From NCBI GenBank assembly GCA_964016885.1, contig OZ024745.1, positions 49,042,001-49,106,000 of the forward strand: a stretch of 64,000 bases of DNA, given 5' to 3'. Source of the DNA: Eledone cirrhosa. Its lineage: Eukaryota. Below, piece after piece: positions 26,921 through 39,500 of the stretch. Each line of letters starts with the position of its first letter. Positions within the stretch are counted from its first letter, which is position 1. Under the pieces are notes generated by a model. It was not told the origin of the DNA. It did no database searches and worked only from the letters and a program-made list of their open reading frames with translations. A program made the translations under genes and the position numbers.

Positions 26921-27524
26921 TAATTAAAATAACAGATTAAAGTTTAAGCAAAGAATCGCCGCTTTCACCCTTAACGGGATCTTCTGAACTAACCAAGTCA
27001 ATCTGTGAACGCAGAAGTGAATATTTAAAAAAACGTTGCAACCGGAGGAAGACAGGAAGACGATACTTTGGTTCGTGGAAACGTTCCCTGGCAAAGAACG
27101 GGAAAAAAAGAATATAATACGTCATTATTTGGAGCGGTGAAAAACAATTACACGCAAAGACAAAACCACGTTTAAGGTATAAAAGATGTCGTAGCCTAAT
27201 ATTCTATTAGGTGGTTCATAGAGACGTTCTCTGGCAATGAACGGAAAAAACGAAGATAATACGTCATATGTGGAGCGTGGAGAACAATTACATGCAAAGA
27301 CAAAACCACGTAAATGGTATAACTGAAGTCATAGACTAAAATTCTAACTAGGAAACCGAATGATTCTCGGCTTCAGAGTTAAGAATAAAGTAAATAAAAT
27401 ACAGAGGTAATTGAAATTAAAAATTAAATAAACACATACACGCATCCATATACGTACATACACAAGCATACGCGAAAACAATCGCCATAGGTATACAAAT
27501 ACACGTACGAACACGCAAAAAAAA

Positions 27525-27558
<34 letters not shown>

Positions 27559-30500
27559 TATACTATAAAGTATGTCTATAGAATCATTTGATAATATATA
27601 TATACACCATTTCCTCTCCCAATTAACATAATCAACCACACAAAAAACCAATTAAACCAGGCTATAAGATTAAAAGGCCCCTATGAAGAAATAGTAGATA
27701 AATAAACGACAGCCATCTATTCGCGATCAACCGCTATAGAATATTTACCCAACATTTCAATAGCACGTGGAAATCGATTAAATATACCGTCAACTATACA
27801 CAATTAGGTATAAAACTAAAGTTAGAAGAAAAAAAATGCATATACACATACCATGATTACGTTTCTACCCTTAGGGTTTCGTTCGCTTTCGGAAATATCC
27901 TATCAAGGATAAATTCTCGAGCTTCGAACTCATCAGGAAACAAACTCACTTGGACAAAGATTTTTCTTAAATGATCCCCGCCAGAAACGAATTCAAAATG
28001 GCTAAGAACTGTGACGTGGCAGTGGTCAAGTCAGAAAGAATGTGATTGGTGCCTGACGGCGAGTGGGCTGGTTGCTAGAAAGCGCAGCCCAATATTGCCC
28101 AAATTGCATCTCAACCTTATGGGAGATTATAAAATATAAAGATTTACATATACACAAACTAGACAAAATTACAGATATATATGTTTTGGCAACCATTCAC
28201 GATGTGGCTCGATGATGAATTAATAAATTAAATAATCAGAGCAATATACTATAAAGTATGTCCATAGAATCATTTGATAATATATATACATCATTTCCTC
28301 TCCCATATATATATTCATTTCATCATTTCATATATATATATATATATACACACAGACACAGATACACACACACATGGAGGCGCATGACTTAGTGGTTAGA
28401 GCATTGGGCTTGCAATCGAAAGGTTGTGAGTTCAATTCTCGGACCGGGTCATGTGTTGTTTCCTTGAGCAAGACACTTTATTTCACATTGCTCCAGTTTA
28501 CTCAGTTGTAGAAATGAGATGATAGGACTGGAGTCCCTATCATTCCACTGCAAAGTGGTCATGGGGGTGCCACAACAACATAAGCACCCAGCCCACAATG
28601 TAAAGTGGATGTGTAGGTGCCATGAAAAAAAGCACCCAGCACTCACTGTAAATGGCATCCAGCTGTAGAAATCAAACCAGAATCACTTCCCGTATGAGCA
28701 AGACAAGGTCAGCCGACCGGACGCTGCCCACAATAGGACAACCCGTCTAACCCATGTTAGCGTGGAAGAACGGACGTAAAATGGTGATGATGATGATGAT
28801 ACATACACACGCACATATAAATATACACAAACATATATGTATGTGCACATGTATCTATCTCTGTGTTTTCATATTGACACAGTTTAAAGCAAGTAGTGAT
28901 GTTTGTTTATGTTCCACAGATAACTAGTTTCATAAACATTATTGCTACATGAAGGGCGGTGCTTTGGCAGTATTGGGAGAGGGTCGGACGCCATGCTTTC
29001 CAGCATAGTTACGTCCCTTTACGATCTGAGTTCAAATCCCGCCGAGGTTGACTTTGCCTTTCATCCTTACGGGGTCGATAAAATAAAGTACCAGTAATGA
29101 ACTGGGCAATTGCTGGCCTTGTGCCTAAAGTAGAAACAATTATTGCTACATGAAAATGAAATATTGATTGGCATCAGAAAAAGTCAATAAGTTTCATTAA
29201 GTCCATACCAGCAAGGAAAAGTAATCTTTTACAGGATGATGATGGTGAAGAGGAGGGGTGTTAAAGTTTTTATTATTGAAAAGATGTTGGTTTGAAAGCT
29301 TTTGATAAATCTATGAGATCCCCTTTTTTGTTCTGATCAATGTAAAATGTGTCTGAGGAATTGTTGGCTTGGACCACCTACTCCCTACTGAGATCAGTGA
29401 AAAAAAAGGGTATTTAGCTGTTAAAAGTATAAACATTAACTGTGAACTTCACCCCCCAAAAAACCGGAAAGAAGTCAATCGTCAGATCAAGCAAATGAAA
29501 CTGTTTCCATTAGTCTTTCCATTGCCAAGCGGTTTGTCAATGAGAGATTGATAAAATAAGTACCAAATTTGAATTAAAAAGTAAGTGGTGGGTTCAATAT
29601 GCCTCAGCATGGCCACAGACTGAAATCAGTAAAAAATTAAAAGATTACCATGTATGGTCACATCTGACTTGATGAATCTCAAGGAAAGTAGGTGTATAGA
29701 AGATACGACTTTATTCTCAATTATAATTGTTTCTACTTTTGGCACAAGGCCAGCAATTATCCCAGTGTATTACTGGTACTTTATTTTATCGACCCCATAA
29801 GGATGAAAGGCAAAGTTAACCTCGACGGAATTTGAACTCAGAATAGCAAGGGATGTAACTCAATGCGTCAAAGCATGGTGTCCGATCCTCTAGTGATACT
29901 GCCTATCCACCGCCTTTATTCTCAATTATAATAGTCCAAAACTTTTGCATGGAGAACAGTAGACAAAAAAAAGCTATATCTTGTTATTATCCATGTTATC
30001 ATTGTCACTACTGTTGTTATCAACAGTAGTGATATAAATGATTCAGTTATTTCAAAGATATATTGATTTATTGCTATTGAAATCTAATCTTTCAGTGTGT
30101 TTTGTCAATATTTATTTGGTACAACTTTAGGAAATAGTTATTAACGATAAATTGAGTCAATACATTAAACATATCTCGGTGATTAAATATCATGGGGAAA
30201 CTTACTCAGTGATTAAATATTTGATCAAGATTTGCTTGTCGTAATGGCGAGCTGTTAGTGTCATTACATTTAGCATTTATACATTCATGTTTACTTAAAG
30301 CCAGCTACATCAATTATGATATGGAGCAGTATTTAAGAGTAATGAAAGTGTTTACTAGATGTGAAATTACTTACACAGACTGAATTAATAGTTTGTAAAA
30401 GCAGACCTGTCAACTCTCCCTGTTGAACAGGGAGATCTCTCACCCACCCACAGTGGGTGGGTGAGAGATGTCTTCCCTTGTGAAAATGGGTATAGCTATC

Positions 30501-33500
30501 ATTATATAAAATCTCCCAATTTTGCCCCATTTCTCCCCGTTTTGGGGCACTTTTTTTCATGGTACTCCCTGTTTGGGTTTTTAGAGGTTGGCAGGTCTGC
30601 AAAAGAGATGGAAAAGAATATTGACCATAGTTCTCATGAAATACATTTTATTTCAAATTAACGAAAAATTTTGAGGGATTTAGTAAAATTATTATTTCTT
30701 TATTAAGATGGCATTTGTAACATAACAAAGAGTGATGTCAGATTATGTTGGAAAATTTTGATTCAAATAGGAACTTTTTAAAATGGATGGTTTTGTTTCA
30801 TAGAAAAAGAGCTGGTTTTGAGCAACAGAATTTTTTTCTTTCTAACTCAAGAAAAACAAGCAGATCCATAAAGAAATGTTAGTAAACTGTCTCCAGTTTT
30901 ATTTTATTTTAAAAGCTAAGCAATAATTATTAATAATGTTTGCTTCATAACCACCATAGTTCTGTGTTTGATCCCATGTCATTGTACCTTGAGTGTCTTC
31001 GACACTGCAGAATCCCATCAGATTAGTGAAGGGTATAAACATCAGTGAGAAAAGTTGAAAAACAAAAATCTGTTGAGATATTTGTTCTACATCAAATTAC
31101 ATACCATTCCCTTGTCACGCATTTGTTATACCTCAAATTACATACACTCCCTTGTCACTCACTCATACTGTCAAAAATGGTAACTAGTGTGTCCTCTACA
31201 ACTGAGGTTCAGCTGTTTGACATGCAAAGATAAGTAATACCTTACTTAAAAAATACGGTTTGTCTTTAGGAAGGACTTCTGGCCAGTGCCATGGCTCAAA
31301 TGTGTGCCAGCCAGAGCACCCCTTAAGCCCCCCCCCCCCCAAAAAAAAACAATTTATACAGTGAATCCCTCTGAAAGTTATATAAATATATAAAAGTCTC
31401 ACCTAGGATGAACCGACTCCTTGTGCCCCCCCCCCCCCAGCTATGCTATTGTATCTGGTTGTAGCCTCAAAAGCTTACTCCTTTCCAAGGTTAAATGAAA
31501 AAAAAAAGAAAAAAATTGAGATAAAATCAATGATGCCTTATAGATATGTCCATATTAATTCTGATTGACATCGTAGGTATAGTTAGTTTGCTGAGTATTT
31601 TTAAGTTACCATACCTCGTAATAGCTAGTCATCCATGAAAAGCAATAAATACATGTTTCTAGTCATCAGGTAACTTGTTTTGTACAACTCATGACTAAAA
31701 GATTTTAAATGCTTTATATACCAAAGCTGTGAATCATTGGCTGGGTGAGACAAACTGATTGTGATATAACTTGAATAGGTTTGGAAATCAAATATTAACC
31801 ATTGTTTAAATTTACCAAATGTTGTACTCTGGGTGTATTGAATTAGAAATTCTTTTTTTTTTTTTTTGAACTATGAAACCTTATTTTTCAAATATATGAA
31901 ACAAATACAAAAATAAAAAATAAACACATTCAATTTAACACCATCATCATCATCATTTTACGTCCGCTTTTCCCCTGCTTAGAAGGGTGGGACGGGAACT
32001 GATTCTGGCTTGATTTCTACAGCTGGATGCCCTTCCTAACACCAACCTCATTTACAGTGAGGGCTGGGTGCTTTTTTGCCGTGGCACCTCCACGACCACT
32101 TTACAGTGGAATGATATGGACCCCAGTCCCTATCATCTCATTTCTACAGCTGAGTAAACTGGAGCAATGTGAAATAAAGTGCCTTGCTCAAGGAAACAAC
32201 ACATCACCCGGTCTGAGAATTGAACTCACAACCTTTCGATTGCAAGGCCAATGCTCTAACCACTAAGCCATGTGCCTCCATATCTCAGCTAAACCCCATG
32301 GTCAAGATGGCAAAAGTGTTCTCATCAAGTACAGCCAGCAGTATCCAGTACATCTGTCATTGCATGTTCTGGGAGCCCTCAGATGCAATGCTCCAAGAAA
32401 TTAGTTTGTTATTGTTTAGCTCCACACCTAACCTACCAAGATAGACTTATGATCAAAAACATTCCAGCTGAGTCCATTATATCATTTTTGGAGAGGAGGG
32501 TATATATTCTATCTAAAACTAGATGATGCTGTGTATTTTGTCTATTTTGTTTAACCTTCTCGATGCCAACCCACCTGAAACCGTCCCTGGTTCAATGATG
32601 AAAGGTTATTTGTTTTAAAATCTTATTTAAATTTGAAACCTTCCATTTTTATGTAAGATCATCTTTTTAAGTTACATTCTAAATACCGACTTAATAATTA
32701 TAAAGTTAGTTATTTTATTAAATCCCCCCAATGATTTTTTTTATTATTTTAAACATTATAAGCCCTTGTACATGTTGTCCTTGTTTAGAAGCTGAGTATA
32801 TAGTGGGCACTGGTTAAGTTTAGGACAATTACATAGGTCGCTTGAACCACTTTAGATGTTACACATTATATTTCTATTGATGATAGGGGTTCAGTTTTGT
32901 CATTTATTTTAATCTGTGTTGTGATACATTTGCTCTAGATGTTAATCAGAGTTATTGCCTTCCTAGATATGTTCGGGACCATTTCTTACTCCAATTTCAG
33001 CAGTGTTTCTCTGGTTGGAAGCTTTTCTTAACACCATCCACTTTACTAAGCATAATGGGAGTATTTTATAATGGATCTATCACTAGTAAGATTACCATGT
33101 CTTTAACATGACTAAAGAGTCCTCTCTACCTTATGTTGTCTCTGTTCATTCACTCACTAACTACTATACAGTGTCCTGGCTGTAGTTGATAGCACCAGCA
33201 CTAACAAGTTTGCATTTTTCCTGCAAGAGTCCCTCTGTGTGGTCTCTGTTCTTTCAAAGTAAATGTAACTGAGATGGTGAATAGAAGTGATTGAGGGCGT
33301 GACTGTGTGTGTGAGAGAGATAATTAAGATGATGAAAGAAAAGAGAGCCTGGGTGTGATGATGGAAACAATGATAAGTATGGTATGGGAAAGAGTGTGAT
33401 AGCTATATGCTGGTTGTTGGTAAGGAGAATGAACAGAAAAACAGCATGAACAGTATGATGGAATCACACTAGAGTTCTCTGCAAATAATAAGAAGTCACT

Positions 33501-36500
33501 TCCATCACACATGAAATTGTTTATGGATAGCCAAGATATGTGTGATATTAAAATTTGACAGATGTATTGCTTTGTTCCAGCAATAATACATCACAATTCC
33601 CAGTTTGTGTTTATTTAAAACTTTAAGTAACATCTTGCCAAGATTCTACCATGTAAATCATCATCATCATCATCATCATCAACGTTTAACGTCCGTGTTC
33701 CACGCTTGCATGGGTTTGGACGGGGGTAGTCCCACTTGAGGCAAGAGTGATTGTCTTGCTCGCATAGGACTGTCTGGCAGGTTTTCTACAGTTGGATGCC
33801 CTTCCTAACACCAACCACATTTACAGTGTGGGTCTGGGAGGTTTTTACCGTGTTGCCTACACGGCCACATTACAGCGTGGACTGTGTGTTTTTTTGTCGT
33901 GACACCTACACGATCTCATTTGTTTCGGCCTCGATGGCGCGGCACCAACATAACTTTACATAGAACAGGGTGGTGTGGATGGGGTGGTGGTGGTGGTGGT
34001 GGGACGGGGTGTATTTTGTTAGAGATGCCTACTGGCTGGAGTAGGTTTTACTATATATTTAGGTAAGGCGGGTCTTCTCTGTTACTGAGTACCGCCAAAG
34101 GTCTCGGTCCAGTGACATTGTCTTGGAGGGGTGTAAGTGTGTGATGTCGGAGTTTATCAGCTCGTCCCAGGTTTTTCTAGGTCTGCCTATTCCGTGACTA
34201 CCGTCTATCTTTATTGCCCTGCACTTTGTTATACAGCTATCGACTTTCATGCGCATCACGTGTCCATACCAACGTAGCCTTCTCTCGAGTAAACAACATC
34301 TGATCCCTCTTATCTCTAATTTTTTCCTTAGTTCGTTTATGCTTTGCCGTTCACGTATATTACTGTTACACATCCAGCGGAGCATGCAAGCTTCGTTCCT
34401 CTCTAGTCTGCGTATATCCTCTGCACACAATGCCCAGGTCTCACTGCCATGCAGCATTGCTGTTCGTATGCAGGCATCGTACAACCTGCCTTTCATTTTT
34501 AGGGAGAACCCTTTAGCAGCTAATAGAGGTATAAGCTCTCTGAACTTTTTCCAACCAGTTCTGACTCTAGTTACAGTACTTTCAGAGCACCCTCCCCCAC
34601 TGCTGATTTTATCGCCCAGGTAATGGAAGCTGTCCACTATTTCTATAGAACCCTCTGCGCAATTGAAAGAGCTAGTATTTTGTGGGCACTTGCTGCTACT
34701 TATTGCACCAGAACACCGGCCACATGTAAAATCTATGTTCTTAGTTAGCTTACCTGTGATCCCACTACATCTTTTATGCACCCATACTTTGCATTTAGGA
34801 CATAAAATGGAGTTTCTACCTACGCCTTTCCTACACACCGAGCACGACCATTTCCCAGAAGGGACCGCCGCCTTGTTTTCTTTCCTACAAACTAGTACTT
34901 TGGTCTTAGCCAGGTTAATTTTAAGTCCTTTTGACTCTAGGCCGTGCTTCCATGTTTGGAATTTCTTCTCTAGCTCGGCCATTGATTCCGCTATGAGTGT
35001 CAGGTCGTCTGCGTATAGGAGTTCCCATGGGCAGCCTGTCTTGAACTCCTCTGTTATAGCCTGAAGGGCAATAATAAATAGTAGGGGGCTGAGAACAGAG
35101 CCCTGATGGACGCCAACTTTTACGCTAAACTCTTCACTATATTCGTTGTTAATTCTAACCTTGCTGACTGTTTCTTTATACATGGTTTGTATAGCCCTCA
35201 CAAGCCATTCGTCAACGCCTAGTTTTCTAAGAGCCCACCAGATAATGGAGCGGGGGACTCTGTCGAAGGCTTTCTCCAAGTCGACAAAAGCTAAGTAGAG
35301 GGGTTTACCTTTAGCTAGGTACTTCTCCTGTAGTTGTCGTACTATGAAAAGAGCGTCTGTGGTACTTTTGCCTGACACAAACCCGAACTGCATTTCATCT
35401 AGGTCAATTCTCTCTCTGATTAGTTGCGCTATTACTTTTTCCGTGACCTTCATATAAAATATTTATCTTTCTTTTCTTAATATTACTTCTTTTGTCATAT
35501 GATACTTGTTTAAACACCTATACATAACATACAAACATATATGAGAGTAGGGGAGAAGTGAGAAAATGAAAGGGGGGGGGGAGAAAGAGAAGGGAAAAGA
35601 GAGAAAAAGTGAGATATTTTTATATGGTGTCTTAATATATTGTCTCAATAGTGTTTATTAAATGTATGAAATAATTCTGTATGGTTATAAAAATCTTTTC
35701 GTTTCAGTGTGCTCGAGATGGAGATATTAGCAGCACCAAAATAATCCTTGAGTATATGAATTCCCAGAAGAGGGTGCGTAAAAATATCAACAAACATGAT
35801 GACAATGACTTGAGTCCATTGCATTATGCAGTACGCTATGGTAATATGGACATTGTGCAGCTGCTGGTTGAAAATGGTGCAAGTAAGGAATCTCTAAATT
35901 TGTCCTGCAATAACAACTTGCAATGATTTAGTAGAAAGTGTCTAAAAAAGGGTTTGGTAATTCAAATGTTAATAGTGTCTTCACTTGTGGACTTGTGAAA
36001 ATTTGTAAATTTGTAGACTTTCTTATTCAATGTGATGCTGTCAATTATGCCAAAAATAATGATGGGCATGGTTGTTAATTTATCACATAAAATAAAATAA
36101 AAAAACCCCCAAAAGGGTGCTCTCAAAATATATGATGTAAAAAATATGTTAATAATAAATTAAATGCAGTTAGTAACAAACCTTATACATCACAAACATT
36201 TTCAAAAGCAAAACATTGATAACAGCTATTAAATCATCAATATTCTTGTCTCGTTATTGTCTTTTGATGCAGTACAGGATGTTAAGTGATAAATAACTCT
36301 TATTTCCAAACATGTTCATACATATGAAGGGTAGGGATACAGGTTTTTCTTGCTTTTTTTTGTTTTTACAGTTTAGTTAAGGTAGGAGAACCAGTGCCCA
36401 AGACTGTTTTCATGGTCGCCAAGTCTAGTAGGAGAGAGGAAGGTATTCTCGAACTAGAGATCTGGTTCGAGTGCTTGCAAAATGATAGTAGACTCCAGTA

Positions 36501-39500
36501 AAGGCAGCAAAGGGTCAAGAGGTTGTGTTAAACTGGATGATGCCACCAAAGCAGGCCAAACTAGGATGTAAACTCAGAATGTAAAGAACTAGATAAATAC
36601 CATAAGACATCTTATCCAATGTTTTAACAAATCTACCAAATTCACTGTCCTCAAATGAATTTATGACTACTACTTATTTTGCTAGTACTATATCAATTTA
36701 CCATTTCTGCTGTAAACCAATGAGATAGCCTGAGAGAATGTGGAAGTCTCTGTAATAATTTAACCTACTAGGAGTGTGATTTTGTTGTTGATGTTGTTAT
36801 GGCTCACACTTATATAAGTTTAGTTGACTTTCAATATGACTGTATATCATAGAAGGTCTGTGTTTAAATCTTTGGAACTTCAGTCTTATCATGTCACTAT
36901 TTTTCTGGTGAGGGAAGGTGGGATTTGAATTTAGAATGCACAGAGCTGGAACAGATACTCCAAGGCATTCCAACTGATGCTCTATCAATTCTGTTAACCC
37001 ACTGCTCGAAACTGGTATTTTATCAAACTCAAAAAGATGAAAAGCAAAGTTAACCATAGCAAAATTTGTTCTAACAGTGCTAAAAACTGGAACAAATTCT
37101 AAGAAAGTATTTAATTTGAAACCTTAATGATCCTACAAATTCACAGAAATAGCTGTCAAATCTTACCAAAATCTGCTGTCTTTAAAAAAATGGAAACAAA
37201 CAATGTTATACTATATATGGAAAAGGGTAGGATGGTATGCTTGGTCATGGCTGACCTGGTGTTAACCAGCAACCACTTTTGTCACTGTTATCTTCAAGCC
37301 TTTGTTTATCATAATGGAATAATCATCATCATCATCATCACCGTTTTACGTCCGTTCTTCCACGCTAGCATGGGTTAGACGGGTTGTCCTGTTGTGTGCA
37401 GTGTCTGGTCGGCTGACCATGCCTTGCTCATACAGGAACTGATCTGGCTTGATTTCTACAGCTGGATGCCCTTCCTAACACCAACCTCATTTACAGTGAG
37501 TGCTGGGTGCTTTTTCGTGGCGCCTACACGTCCACTTTACAGTGTGGGCTGCGTGTTTTTTTGCCGTGGCACCTCCACGACCACCTTGCGGTGGGGGGAG
37601 TGGGGGCATATTGTTTATATGCTTCAGCATGTACCCATGGGAGGTCGGGTACTCTGTATTACTGCGTGACGCCAGAAGTCATGGTCGTGTGTCATTGTCT
37701 TTGAGAGGTGTAATTGGGTAAGGTCGGCTTTTATCACCTCATCCCAGGTCATCTTGGGTCTCCCCACTCCGCGGTTTCCATCGACTTCTAGTGCTCTGCA
37801 CCTTTTTATGCAGCTGTCATCCTTCATACGCATCACATGTCCATACCAGCGCAACCGCCTCTCCTGCACACAGCATTTGATTCCTCTTATGCTCAGTCTC
37901 TCTCTCAATTCATTTATGCTTTGTATGGACATGATAACTCCCTAGTGCTGGTGTCTAACGATAAAATTCTCCCAATACATTTTGTAATTTTTTATTGTTA
38001 TATTTTAATGAAATATTTGGCAGCACATGTTAAATTTCTCAATTAAACAGTAGATAAGTGAATTGAATTTACCTTAGTATATGGCAGGTATTTATTTTAT
38101 CGACCTTGAGAAGAAGAAAAGCAAGATTGACAGGGTTTGAACTCTGAACACAAAGCATTCTGATGCTTTAACTAATCATTGCCTGTGTCATCAGCATCAT
38201 TTTTACGGTTGCTTTTTCATATTAGCATGGGCTGGAAAAAGCATTTTTTGAGGCAGCTTTCTATAGCCAAATTCCCTTCCTGACACCAGCCCTAGCAACT
38301 GATTATCAAGCATGTGAAATTACTGATTTGTGAGACATAAACAAATATCACTGGCTCTCCAAGCATTATTTATGTGAAATGCACACACACACACACAGAC
38401 ACAGACACACATTCACATATATGATGGGCTTTTGCACAGTTTCTGTTTCAATTTTATTTATATGCCATTAGTCAGCCCATGGTTATTGAGTCCAAGATGC
38501 TATGCAGTATTTCACAGCTATTCTTGAAGCTTGACTTCAGATAAATTCTAATCTTTTTTTTTTTTTTCATGTTTATGTCCTGATAGGAAAATGTTTTGTT
38601 CTTTTTATGATGTATATTATCTTAAATTTATTTGTTCAATTTCCTAATATCATTCGCAGTAAATTTAGTGTTATCATTTGATATTTCCACATGTTTCTAT
38701 TTTATATTTTAGTTATTTCAAACAAGATTTTACAAATATAGTTCTTTAGTCAGGCTAAGCACATGACAACCGCCCAAGTGTTACAATAAAATACATGTAG
38801 TACACCCTGTATATAGCAGTGCTAGTGCCATGATAAAATGTATTCAACACACTATGTCAAGTGTTGGTAGTGTTAGGAAGGGCATTCCATCCTAGAAACC
38901 ATGCCAAAATATCGAATATATAGGTAAGACATGGTTTTCTGAGCATATCTCATCTCAGACCATTCAACTGATGTTAGCATAGAACATGATGATGATGATG
39001 ATGATTTCTATTTATGTAATATATTGACAGATATCAATGACCCTGGTGACTATGGAGCGCAGCCATTACATTTTGCAGCCAAATATAAGCGAGACTCTTC
39101 AAAAAGGTCAGGTGTGACTCCATCCAGTGAAGAAGCTGTAAGTGTTGTAGTGAATATAAATATATATATATATATAGGAAAAGAGTCAGGACCCCGACGG
39201 CTGAGCTCCGCCTGTTTCGACAGCTAGATTGACAGCTGTAGAAACGGCCAGAGCTCAGCCACCGGGGTCCTGACTCTTTTCCTATTACCCACTCTACTAC
39301 CCTAAGTATTGAGTACTCTGGTGCATTATGGTCCACCTGGTATCTTACGAAACCATCTTTGTTCTTTGTTGTTATATATATATATAATAATTGTTTCTAC
39401 TTTTGGCACAAGGCCAGCAATTACCCAGTACATTATGGAGGCACATGGCTTAGTGGTTAGAGCATTGGCCTTGCAATCGAAAGGTTGTGAGTTCAATTTT

